Position numbers and translations under genes: made by a program. A DNA stretch of 64,000 bases, taken from the NCBI GenBank assembly GCA_965217185.1, contig OZ244252.1:4062469-4126468 (forward strand), given 5' to 3'. Each line of letters starts with the position of its first letter. Position 1 is the first letter of the stretch. This document shows, piece by piece, positions 47,433 to 57,189 of the stretch. Below the pieces are notes generated by a model. The model was not told where the DNA came from. It ran no database searches and saw only the letters and a list, made by a program, of their open reading frames with translations. This DNA comes from an uncultured Candidatus Entotheonella sp. Its GTDB lineage: Bacteria; Tectomicrobia; Entotheonellia; Entotheonellales; Entotheonellaceae.

Positions 47433-47633
47433 GCCGCCGATGCGCCTGTCGGGCTCGGGGCCGGCGGGCGCATGCCATGCGGTAAAACCCGGCAATGCGC
47501 TGACGGCACTTCAGGGGCTTCTGGCGCATCCCGTCACCATGCAGGACCGGACGGGCGAGGCCAACAAGAGAGATGGGTGACGTTCATGGGGCTATGATGA
47601 AGCTCTCATTCAGCTGGCAACCGTTCAATTCAG

Positions 47634-48308
47634 CTAATTCAGCCCTTGCAAACTCTCAAGAATATCGCCTGGTTCAAGCCGGGTGGTATAGTTCGCATCC
47701 ACATGGGCCAGCATAATGGTCCCGTCCTGGCCAAGGACATAGGTACCGGGTATCGGCAGCTCCCAAGCGTCATCGCCATTGTATTTGGGGAGCTGAATCC
47801 CCATTTTTTCAAACACATCTTGCAACTCATCAACAAATCGGAAGGCCAGCCCGAATTGTCGAGCCACGGCGTTGCCCGCGTCACTGAGAACCTCAAATTG
47901 AAGGCCATGCTTTTCAGCAACAGTCAGAGAGTTATCCGGGGTTTGGGGAGAGATGGCGATCAAGGACGCGCCGTGCGCTTGCATCTCAGCGAGGTGTTTT
48001 TGATAGGCCTGCAACTGCAGGTTGCAGTAGGGTCACCACGCGCCTCGATAAAAGGTAATGACGGCCGGTCCTTTGGCCAGGAGATTTGAAAGCGTCACCG
48101 CCTCCCCGCGGACGTTGGGCAGGGTGAAGTCAGGTGCCTTGTCGCCGACTTTCAGGGCCTTGGCCGTTATGCCGGATTTCACTTGATCCTCTGTGGTGCG
48201 GACCAGCACCTCAATAACATCCGGCGGCATCTTTGGCAGCATTTCCCTTTGGAAATCTGCGATTTGTTGCTTGAGTTCGTTGTTGAACCCTGCTTCTTGA
48301 CCACTCAT
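47634..48308 (-). CDS. AhpC/TSA peroxiredoxin-like selenoprotein (WUPYC)
   Basis: Two same-frame ORFs separated by one TGA (48033-48035) at the first Cys of FYRGAW-C-PYC; hairpin ctgcaac/gttgcag follows. Confidence 0.8.
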
Positions 48309-48662
48309 ACACATACTCCTTTCAGCAAAAAGACCGTAGACTATTCGATCCATCAATATGAATTGTCCAAGGGTGTGTCAACTGGAGGAAGAAAGTACCA
48401 GAAAGTGGGGGCCATCTCCAACATTTGTGCGGGTGATGGCATAAGTTGAGGAGGGTTGGGCCCGTAAATATCCACGAGCATTGTTCAACCGAAGGTCCGA
48501 CTGATGGAGCTCAGCACTGAACTCTCCCCTGCCTGAATGCCCCCATTTTTTGCCACTCTCCCTCATGGAGAGCGCTGTAAACGTCGCGGACGCCTTTGGC
48601 GCCGATCGAACCTATGGAGAACTTGCCTCGTGCGTCAATGGTATCCATGCGTCTGTCGCCTC

Positions 48663-50420
48663 ATGTGGCCATACTTGGCATGGCCGGCCTCGTCGGGGCT
48701 GGCGCCGGCTTTGGGGCCGTAGGCTTCAGCTGGCTGGTGGACGCCGTTACCGACCTTGCCTTCCACCAAAGTGGTTGATTTCTCGCCTTTTTGGTCCCTA
48801 CTACGTCATTATCATTCCAGCGTTGGGAGGGTTTATCGTCGGCCCCCTGGTCTATTTCTTCGCGTTCTTCGCGCGGGAGGCCAAAGGACATGGAGTCCCG
48901 GAAGTGATGGAAGCGGTGGCGCTGCGGGGTGGCCGGATTCGACCCATCGTCGTGATCATCAAGTCACTGGCCTCTTCCATCTGCATTGGCTCGGGCGGGA
49001 AGGTCCGATTGTTCAGATTGGCTCAGCGCTCGGCTCGCCGGTCGGGCAATGGCTGCGATGGTCCGACGACAGGCTGAGGAACTTGGTGGCGTGTGGCGCT
49101 GCCGGGGGAATCGCCGCTACCTTCAATGCGCCAACAATGCGCCAATTGCCGGGGTTATCTTCGCCTTGGAGGTGATTCTCGGAGATTTCAGCACCACTTC
49201 ACTCAGCACGGTGGTCATTGCCTCCGTCACCGCCAACCAGATAGCCCGTATCATCCACGGGAACCTCCCCGCCTTTGCGGTGACGCCGTATACGCTGGTC
49301 AGCGCCTGGGAACTCCCTTTGTATGCGGTGCTCGGGGTGGTGGCAGCGGTGGTGGGCGTCGTCTTTGTGCGGGTGCTCTACTTCAGTGAAGATGTCTTCG
49401 ATGCCTGGAAATTTCCAGAACCTCTCAAGCCGATGGCGGGTGATCTCCTCATCGGGATGATTGGCTTTGCATATCCCCAAGTGCTTGGCGTGGGGCATGA
49501 CGCCATCGAGCAAGCGCTGCACAATACCATGCCGCTGGCGCTCATGGCGACGCTCGTGGTCATCAAAATGATTGCCACGTCATGCACCCATCGGGTCGGG
49601 CGGTTCCGGCGGCGTGTTTGCCCCCTCGCTGTTTCTGGGCGCCATGCTAGGCGGGAGTTTTGGCGCCGTGGCCCACACCTGGTGGCCGGCGTTCACCGCG
49701 CCCTCAGGCGCCTATGCCTTGGTCGGAATGGCGGCCGTGTTTGCCGCCGCAGCTCGGGCACCGATGTCGGCGATTCTCATCCTTTTCGAAATGACCGATG
49801 ACTATCGCATTATCTTGCCGCTGATGTTGGCAACGGTTATTAGCACGTTTGTGGCGGAACGCATGTTTGCCGACTCGATTTATACGCTCAAATTGCGTCG
49901 CCGGGGCGTGCGACTGTCCCAGGGACGCGACGAAGACGTGATGCAGACCGTCCGCGTCAGTGAGGTGATGGACACGCAGGCGGACAGCGTGGTTTCGACA
50001 CTGTCTCTCCCCGCCCTTGCCCGGGAATTTGAGCGCACGCATCATCACAGTTTCCCCGTGCTGGGCCCCGAGGGAAACCTCTATGGCATTGTCAGCATTC
50101 GGGACTTGGAACGGGCCATGGAAACGGAAGCCATTGATCAGATCACCGCAGGCGATATTGCGACGACGCGTGTCGTCACGGTCTCCCCGAATGACCCGGT
50201 GTCCCTTGCCATCGAGCGGATGGCCCCTCGTGACCTGAGCCGGTTGCCGGTGGTGGACTTTGGGAATCCCCGACGCTTGCTTGGCCTCATCCGGCGAGGA
50301 GATATCGGTCGGGCCTACAATGTTGGCGTGATGAGACGAGTCGAACGTCAGCAACGGGCCGAGCAACTCCGCCAAGGCGCCGCGCTGAAACCGCATGGCC
50401 AGTTCACCTCTTTAGCGTAA
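48663..50420 (+). pseudogene. CLC chloride channel / H+/Cl- exchanger with CBS domains, multiply frameshifted
   Basis: GHGVPEV, GREGP, AGGIAATFNAP, GGSGGVFAPSLF and CBS motifs spread over several frames; start approximate. Confidence 0.85.
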
Positions 50421-50699
50421 TTCCAGGTGCAAACCTTGCGATGACGCCTTCCTGAGCCATCCGAGTCAAAGCGAACCGCTTTTCCACCCCGCCATTGGGA
50501 CTCCATGCGTCCCTCATCTCCTCCGAACGGGGGGGTTGCGTAATTCAATTTTGTGAGTGATGTTACGTAGCCTTGAGGAGTTGGAGTTCATCAAAAGCAT
50601 GACGCACGGCCTTGAGATAGAGCCGTGTCCGCAGGGCAACGTGATTGAGCCCATGGGTCACACTGAGCCATGTCAAGCGGCACGCGGCGTAGATCGCCA

Positions 50700-50723
50700 G
50701 AGCCTGCCCTGAACTTGATTCAG
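50700..50723 (-). repeat. 24-nt hairpin-GGCAGGCTC mini-element, in frame in transposase relic
   Basis: Minus strand ctgaatcaagttcagggcaggctc inserted at TTCC^T. Confidence 0.65.
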
Positions 50724-50910
50724 GGAAACAATGATTGCTCTGCGTCCGTACCGTTCGGGTCGGCGATTTGGCTAGCGCTGCATGGCTCTTGAGCGTCTTG
50801 TGATAGGTCTCCACGTTCCACCGTTTCTGGTAGATTGCGCGGGTTATCTGGTCATGGCTGAGGGAACCTTCGAGTAGGTCTGACAGACCCGTTGCGGTGG
50901 TTGCGCCGAA

Positions 50911-50934
50911 GAGCCTGCCCCCGGTTTGAACGGG
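50911..50934 (-). repeat. 24-nt hairpin-GGCAGGCTC mini-element, in frame in transposase relic
   Basis: Minus strand cccgttcaaaccgggggcaggctc inserted at TTCC^T; removal gives YLLSSFGATTATGLS. Confidence 0.7.
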
Positions 50935-51044
50935 GGAACTCAAGAGGTAATCGCTGTAGAGGTCTACGAGTTCTCTGTTCATAGTCTCTCATCCACTTCT
51001 TGACTCAATGACTCAAACAGTGCGTAACATCACTGAGTGAGATC

Positions 51045-51383
51045 ATGACACGAGAGGTAAGGGCGGAGCAGGCTGGTGGGCAGGACGAGCACACCGATGC
51101 CCTCGGCATTATCGTGGAGTTGGCGAAGCTGCCGCCCAGGACCCTGCTCACCGTAAACGGCATGGTGCAGATATTCGGCAAGTCTCCGAACACCATCATG
51201 CGAGCGGTCGGTGAAGGACGACTGCCGAAGCCATTCCGCATTTTCTCCGAAAACTGCTGGCGCGCCGGAGACGTTGATGTATTCTTGCAGCAGCGCATGC
51301 AGGATGCTCAACAAGGTGGCGGTGAACGCACCCAGGATGCCCGGCCGGACCCGTCGCCGGGTCACTTGACACCCCTCAAATGA
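51045..51383 (+). CDS. Excisionase/AlpA-like HTH protein
   Basis: LLTVNGMVQIFGKSPNTIMRAVGEGRLPKP...W; directly upstream of the integrase. Confidence 0.7.
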   Translation: MTREVRAEQAGGQDEHTDALGIIVELAKLPPRTLLTVNGMVQIFGKSPNTIMRAVGEGRLPKPFRIFSENCWRAGDVDVFLQQRMQDAQQGGGERTQDARPDPSPGHLTPLK

Positions 51384-51411
51384 GGCGCTTCGCCGATACG
51401 ATTGGAGCCCC

Positions 51412-52559
51412 ATGCCAGGGATTCTTAGAACCAAGACCAAAGACGGCAAATGGCGGGCGTGGCACAAAAGCCACCTGACCGGCTCGGACGGACGCCGCAA
51501 GACTCTGAAATTCACCGGCACGCACAGCCGCCGGGAAACCCTGCCCCTCGCCCACGAACGCCAAGTGCAGGAAGACCGCATCGCCGCGGGTCTGATTCCG
51601 GCGCCAGAGGACCGGGAGCCCTGGCGGGATTTTGTGGACACCGTGCAGGACTACCTGGCGTACGGGGAATCCCAAGGCGGCCGCGGCGGTCGGCCTTGGG
51701 GCCGTACCCACGCCCGTAACCAACGCGCCCGGCTCGCCTGGTGGCACGAGCAAATCGGATTCAAAACGCTTGAGGATCTGACGAACCCCTTGCGGCCCGT
51801 CGAAACCGCACTCGTCCGGCTGCGCGACCGCGGCCGAACCAGCAAGACCCTGCGAAATTACCAGGGGTCGCTGCAATCGTTTTGCCGCTGGTGCATCGAC
51901 CGCGGCTACCTGCCCAGCGATCCGCCGGCCCGCCTGCGCAAATTCGATGGCACGCCCCGTACCCGTCGGCGCGTCCTGACGCTGGCGGACATTGCGGCCA
52001 TCCTGGCGGTCGCGTTGCCCGAACGCCGGCTTTTGTACGAGATGGCGCTTTTTTCCGGTCTGCGGCGCGGGGAGTTGAGGCATCTGAGAGGGGCACACCT
52101 CGACCTCGACCGCGGCGGTGTGCGGCTGGAAGCCGAGTGGACGAAAAACCACCGCGCCGGATTCCAACCCCTGCCGGCCCACCTCGTTGCCAAGCTGGCG
52201 CGGGCGACGGAGTTCCCTTCCAGCCCGCTGATGCGCGTGCCGTCGCAACCGCAGTTGACGCGCGTCTTCGATAGGGACCTGCAGGCGGCGGGAATCGAGA
52301 AGGCCAACGAGCAGGGCGTGGCGGTGTTTCATCCTGGCGAGGGACCTACGGCACCTTGTTGGACTCGCTCGGGGCGAGTCCCAAGGAAACACAGGAACTC
52401 ATGCGTCACGCGACGCCGATGCTGACGATGCAACGGTATGTGCAGGCCCAGTTGGAGCGTCAGAAAAAGCTGGTGCAGAGCATGGCGGATGTCGTTCGGA
52501 GTACCCCAGGAGTGCCCGAGGGTAGGGCACCGGTTGGGGGTGATGAGGCAAGTACGTGA
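51412..52559 (+). pseudogene. Tyrosine recombinase/integrase frameshifted near 52335
   Basis: SGLRRGEL motif; frame breaks at VFH, and TYGTLLDSLGAS...ELMRHA...TMQRY continues in another frame. Confidence 0.85.
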
Positions 52560-52590
52560 TCTTTCAATACGTTATACGAAAAAAGAGAAA

Positions 52591-52663
52591 TGGAGAATGC
52601 GGGATTCGAACCCGCGACCTCCGCCTTGCAAGGGCGGCGCTCTCCCAACTGAGCTAATTCCCC
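52591..52663 (-). tRNA. tRNA-Ala(TGC)
   Basis: GGGGAATTAGCTCAGTTGGGAGAGCG...CTTGCAA...GGTTCGAATCCC...TTCTCCA cloverleaf, G3:U70; CCA not encoded. Confidence 0.95.
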
Positions 52664-52703
52664 AACAGAAGGGAAGGGTCAAGCAAGAATGATACAGGGG
52701 GGA

Positions 52704-52777
<74 letters not shown>

Positions 52778-52815
52778 CGGAACCAAGTTGTCTTCGTGGT
52801 ATCACAAGGAGGCAA

Positions 52816-52844
52816 AATCTAGCAACTCGCCCCGGACGTGTCAA
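52816..52844 (-). promoter_or_regulatory. Sigma70 promoter for tRNA-Ile/tRNA-Ala
   Basis: TTGACA-17 nt-TAGATT with extended TG, ~40 nt upstream of tRNA-Ile. Confidence 0.7.
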
Positions 52845-52932
52845 GCGCGTCCAGGGCCGATACCCTCAATCATAATCCTCGAATGGAACGCCACATCATG
52901 CCCCCGACAGGGCGGCGAAGGGAAGCGTCAGT

Positions 52933-54117
52933 ATGCCGCAGCCACGTCTGATTCTGCGCAAAGGCCGCGAACAGCGCCAATTGCAAGGCCACCCGTGGGT
53001 CTATGAGGGTGAAATTGCCCGCGTCAAAGGCACGCCGCGCGACGGCGGGGTGGCGGACTGCCACAGCCACGATGACGTGTTCCTTGGGCGCGGCTACTTC
53101 AACAGCCGCTCCAAGATTCGCCTGCGGGTGCTCACCCGCCACATTGCCGAGGATATTGACGACGCGCTGCTGCGCCGACGCCTTGTGACCGCCTTGGGGC
53201 GCCGACGGCGGCTGTACCCGGAGGCGACCAGTTTGCGGCTGGTGCACTCTGAAGGGGACGGACTGCCGGGGCTGACGGTGGACCGCTACGGGCCAGCTTT
53301 GGTGCTGCAATATGCTTCGATGGGCCTTGACCGGCGCCGGGAAACCATCGAGCGATTGTTGCAGGAACTGACCGGCCTCGATCGCCTCTATGCGCGCAAC
53401 GATCTGGCGCCGCGGCGCCTCGACGGCTTGGAGTTGGGCAAGGGGTTTGTCGCGGCGCCGTTCGAGACCACCGTGTCCATAGAGATGCATCAGGTGACCC
53501 TCGAAGTCGACGTGGCCGGCGGGCATAAGACGGGGTTCTACCTGGATCAGGCCGATAACTACCTCGCCTTGGGCGCTCTCGCTCCCACCGCTGGCACGGT
53601 GCTGGACGCCTTCTGCTACACCGGCGCCTTCAGCCTGCACGCCGCGGCGGCCGGAGCAGGGGAGGTGCTGGGCGTGGACAGCTCGACGCCGACCCTGGAA
53701 CAGGCGCGGCGTAATGCCGAATTGAATGGCCTCGGTGACCGCTGCCAGTTCGAGAGCGGCAACGTGTTCAACCGCCTGAGGCACCTGCAGCGGCAGGGAC
53801 GGCGGTTCGACGTCGTGGTGCTCGACCCGCCCGCCTTCACCCATCAGCGCGGCGCCGTTGACAAAGCCCTCGACGGCTACAAGGAAATCAACCTGCAGGC
53901 CCTCAAGCTGCTGCGCCAGGGGGGCGTTCTGCTGACCTTTTCGTGCTCGCACCACATCTCGCGGGAACGCTTCGAGGCGATGGTGCAGGAGGCTGCCCGG
54001 GATGCCCGCCGGCAGCTCATCGTGCGGCAGCGTCTGGGCCAGGCGGCGCACCATCCGGAGGTCATGGCCATCCCCGAAACGAGCTACCTCAAAGGGTTCG
54101 CCGTCGAGTCGTGGTGA
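52933..54117 (+). CDS. rlmI: RlmI-like rRNA SAM-dependent methyltransferase (PUA + MTase)
   Basis: GHPWVY, SEGDGLPGLTVDRY, GHKTGFYLDQ, VLDAFCYTG, LDPPAF, PETSYLK. Confidence 0.85.
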   Translation: MPQPRLILRKGREQRQLQGHPWVYEGEIARVKGTPRDGGVADCHSHDDVFLGRGYFNSRSKIRLRVLTRHIAEDIDDALLRRRLVTALGRRRRLYPEATSLRLVHSEGDGLPGLTVDRYGPALVLQYASMGLDRRRETIERLLQELTGLDRLYARNDLAPRRLDGLELGKGFVAAPFETTVSIEMHQVTLEVDVAGGHKTGFYLDQADNYLALGALAPTAGTVLDAFCYTGAFSLHAAAAGAGEVLGVDSSTPTLEQARRNAELNGLGDRCQFESGNVFNRLRHLQRQGRRFDVVVLDPPAFTHQRGAVDKALDGYKEINLQALKLLRQGGVLLTFSCSHHISRERFEAMVQEAARDARRQLIVRQRLGQAAHHPEVMAIPETSYLKGFAVESW

Positions 54118-54225
54118 GGCCGATTGATCCGCCCGCGGCGGATTGTGTATAGTGGCTGGCCCGCCGCGACCCATGCCGCCGCGTGGGGCGGATGGTGATT
54201 TCGTTGCCGAGACGGAGGACGACGT

Positions 54226-55221
54226 ATGCCCGCCAACCTCACACCGCAATACATGGAAGCCGAACAGCGCTTCAAGCAGGCTGCCGCGCACCAAGAGAAG
54301 GTGGCTTGCCTGGAGGAGATGCTGCGGGTTATTCCCAAGCACAAGGGGACGGACAAGCTCCAGGCCGACCTGAAGCGACGCTTGTCCAAGCTACGTCAGG
54401 AGGCTCAGAAATCGGGAGGCGCGCGGCGGGCCGCCGGCCCGTCAGTGGTGAAGGAGGGCGCCGGGCAGATCGCCCTGCTGGGACTTCCGAACGCCGGCAA
54501 ATCCGCGCTGGTGGGGGCGCTTTCCAAGGCTGTTACGGAGGTCGCCGATTACCCGTTCGCGACCCGCAAGCCCATTCCCGGCATGGTGGTCTACGAGAAC
54601 GTTCAGATCCAGCTCGTCGATCTGCCGCCCATTTCCCGCGATTACATGGAATCGTGGCTGCAACAGATCGTGCGCAATGCGGACGCCTTGCTCCTGGTCG
54701 TGGATCTGAGCGACGCCGAGGCACTTGAGGCGATCGAGTTCGCCTGCGCTACCCTGGCTGAGTGGAAGGTGTTGCCGGTCGCTCCCGGTATGTTATCAGA
54801 CCCGGACGACCTGCCGGTCGGCGTAGTGGAACGGCCAACGATGCTGCTGGGGACGAAATACGACAGCCCGGACGGCGAGGATTCCTGGGCGATGGTCGAG
54901 GAGCTATACGGCGAGCGCTGGCCGCGGTTGGCGGTATCGGTTTTTGACGGGTACAACCTTGAGGAATTGCGCGCCGCGTTGTACGCCTTGCTGGATAAGA
55001 TTCGGGTGTACACCAAGGCGCCGGGCAAGAAGCCGGACCTCACGGCGCCGTTCACCCTACCGCGCGGCAGCACGGTGTCGGACGTCGCCGCCACGGTGCA
55101 CAAGGATTTCGCGGTGCGGTTCAAGTTCGCGCGCATCTGGGGCAAGGAAAAGTACGACGGGCAGATGGTGCAGCGCGACTACGTGGTGCAGGAAGAGGAT
55201 GTGATCGAACTGCACGTTTAA
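54226..55221 (+). CDS. DRG/OBG-like GTPase with TGS domain
   Basis: MPANLTP...PKHKGT N-terminus, GLPNAGKS, DYPFAT, C-terminal TGS (VHKDF...ARIWG). Confidence 0.88.
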   Translation: MPANLTPQYMEAEQRFKQAAAHQEKVACLEEMLRVIPKHKGTDKLQADLKRRLSKLRQEAQKSGGARRAAGPSVVKEGAGQIALLGLPNAGKSALVGALSKAVTEVADYPFATRKPIPGMVVYENVQIQLVDLPPISRDYMESWLQQIVRNADALLLVVDLSDAEALEAIEFACATLAEWKVLPVAPGMLSDPDDLPVGVVERPTMLLGTKYDSPDGEDSWAMVEELYGERWPRLAVSVFDGYNLEELRAALYALLDKIRVYTKAPGKKPDLTAPFTLPRGSTVSDVAATVHKDFAVRFKFARIWGKEKYDGQMVQRDYVVQEEDVIELHV

Positions 55222-55249
55222 TACCGGGACAGCCTGGGAAGGGGACATT

Positions 55250-56260
55250 GTGGCTTGCGTCGGCATCATTGCCAATCCGGCTTCGGGAAAGGACATCCGC
55301 CGTCTGGTCGCCCACGGATCGGTGTTCAACAACAACGAGAAGGTGAACATCGTACGGCGCGTCATGCTCGGTTTGGACGCGGTGGGGGTGGACCGCATCG
55401 TCACCATGCCCGACACCTTCAACATTTGCGGCAAAGCCCAGGACAACCTCAAGCTGAGCGCCGAGGTGCAGCAACTCGACATGCCGGTTGACGACACCCA
55501 AGCGGACACGACACGGGCCGCCGGGCGCATGCGGGACCTCGGCGTCGATTGTCTGGTCAGCCTTGGCGGCGACGGCACCAACCGTGCGCTCGCCAAGGCG
55601 TGCGGCTCGGTTCCGCTCCTACCGCTGTCCACCGGCACCAACAACGTGTTTCCGTACATGCTCGAAGGCACCCTGGCAGGTCTGGCGGCGGGCCTGGTAG
55701 CGAGCGGCGTGGTGGCGGTTTCCGAGGCGGTCGAGCAGCGCCCCTGTCTGGAGGTGGAAATCAACGGCGAGGCGGCGGACATCGCTCTGATCGACGCCGT
55801 GGTGTGCGACGATCTCTACGTCGCCTCGCGCGCCGTGTGGGACATGAACAAGGTTCGCATGGTTATTGTGACCCAGCGCGTGGCGGCACAGATCGGCTTC
55901 ATGGCGCTGGCGGGCAACCTGCCGCAGCCGGGTCCGCCCCGGTGCGGCGGCATGGTCATTGAGACCGACCCCCAGGCGCCGCCGGTTCTGGCGCCGATCG
56001 CGCCCGGTCTGATCCAGCCCGTCGGCGTGCGGCGTTACGCGCACCTCGACTTCGATGAGCGCGTGGAGTTGCCGGCGGGGAGGGGGACCATCGCTCTGGA
56101 CGGCGAACGGGAGATCGTGATGCGGCCGCAGGACTGCATCGTGGCGTGTCTGCGGGCCGCCGGGCCGCGCGTCGTGCAGCCTCAGAAGGCGCTGGCGCTG
56201 GCGGCCGAACAGGGATTTTTCATGAGCAGACGGCAAGAGCGCTGTCTGGAATCGAAGTAA
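55250..56260 (+). CDS. acoX: AcoX-like NAD kinase family protein
   Basis: VGIIANPASGKDIRRLVA, LGGDGTNR, STGTNNVFP, IALDGEREI. Confidence 0.85.
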   Translation: MACVGIIANPASGKDIRRLVAHGSVFNNNEKVNIVRRVMLGLDAVGVDRIVTMPDTFNICGKAQDNLKLSAEVQQLDMPVDDTQADTTRAAGRMRDLGVDCLVSLGGDGTNRALAKACGSVPLLPLSTGTNNVFPYMLEGTLAGLAAGLVASGVVAVSEAVEQRPCLEVEINGEAADIALIDAVVCDDLYVASRAVWDMNKVRMVIVTQRVAAQIGFMALAGNLPQPGPPRCGGMVIETDPQAPPVLAPIAPGLIQPVGVRRYAHLDFDERVELPAGRGTIALDGEREIVMRPQDCIVACLRAAGPRVVQPQKALALAAEQGFFMSRRQERCLESK

Positions 56261-56277
56261 GGGACCGGGAGGACGAC

Positions 56278-57156
56278 ATGCCTGTCGAATATATAGAACG
56301 CATCCGGGAAAAATACGAATCGCTGGGCTATGGCACCTATCAATGGGTGTTCAGTGCAGACACCCCGTCGTGGCATCCTTTGCCGAAGCCGCTGTCCGAG
56401 TGTCGGTTGGGTTTGGTCGCCTCGGGCGGCATCTACGTCAGCGGTCAGGTGGCGTTCCACTACCGCGACGATACGTCTCTGCTGTCGATTCCGATGGACG
56501 TGCCGACCAGCGAGTTGCGGGCGACGCATTTTGCCTATGACCTGACCGATGCCCGTCAGGATCCGAACGTCGTGTTCCCCATCGACACGCTGCGCGGGCT
56601 GGTTGGCGAGGGCGTTATTGGCAGCTTGGCCGCGAACGCTTACACCTTCATGGGCGGCATCTACTCGTCCCGGCGCGTGCGGGAAGAGCTGGCGCCGGGC
56701 GTCACCGAGTGCCTGTTGGCTGAAGAGGTCGATGCCGTCCTGTTCGTGCCGGCCTGACCCGTGTGCCATCAGTCCGTCGGACTGCTCGCCCGCCACGCTG
56801 AGGCCGTAGGGATCTCGACCCTGTGCATGACCAGCGCGCTGGATATCACGCAGGCGGTGAATCCGCCGCGCGCCGCCTTCCTCGATTACCCGCTGGGGCA
56901 CACCACCGGCAAACCGCACCAACCGGCCCTGCAGCGGGAGATTCTGCTTGAAGCGCTTGCAGGATTCAGCGATCTCGCTGCTCCGGGGTCGGTGAAAACG
57001 CTTCCCTTCAAGTGGTCGGATGACCGGTCGTGGCAGGAAACCGCGCAACGCGGGCCGGATGACCGGCGTCCGCGCTATGATACGCCACAGTACCAGTACG
57101 AGGAGGATCGCGACCGCGCCGAAGCGCATGTCTCGGCGGTTCAATTCACCGGGTAA
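56278..57156 (+). CDS. PrdB/GrdB-like reductase selenoprotein B (UPVC)
   Basis: Same-frame ORFs joined by TGA at 56755-56757: VLFVPA-U-PVCHQSVGL; DPNVVFPID motif; hairpin cagtcc/ggactg downstream. Confidence 0.85.
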
Positions 57157-57189
57157 CCAACGGTGAGTTGCGGGGCGGTTAGGGATTGC

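Larger units (their letters stand above)
50556..51034 (-). mobile_element. Internally deleted IS701-like element (ORF 50563-50982)
   Basis: 12-bp IR agtgatgttacg / cgtaacatcact; ORF fuses N-terminus LYSDYLLSS...SHDQITR to C-terminus YQKRWNVETYHKTLK...SPTRTVRTQSNH. Confidence 0.75.
45417..52614. mobile_element. Decaying integrative element (~7.2 kb) at tRNA-Ala(TGC)
   Basis: Flanking 26-bp repeats, tyrosine integrase and excisionase-like gene next to the tRNA, AAA helicase relic. Confidence 0.85.

Noticed and set aside
48376..48560. Possible IS21-like end sequences upstream of the CLC pseudogene
   Set aside because: No convincing inverted partner, TSD or transposase identifiable by eye
54226..55221. 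DLPP instead of DxxG in the GTPase G3 motif
   Set aside because: The rest of the gene is intact; without an alignment I cannot tell it from a subfamily trait
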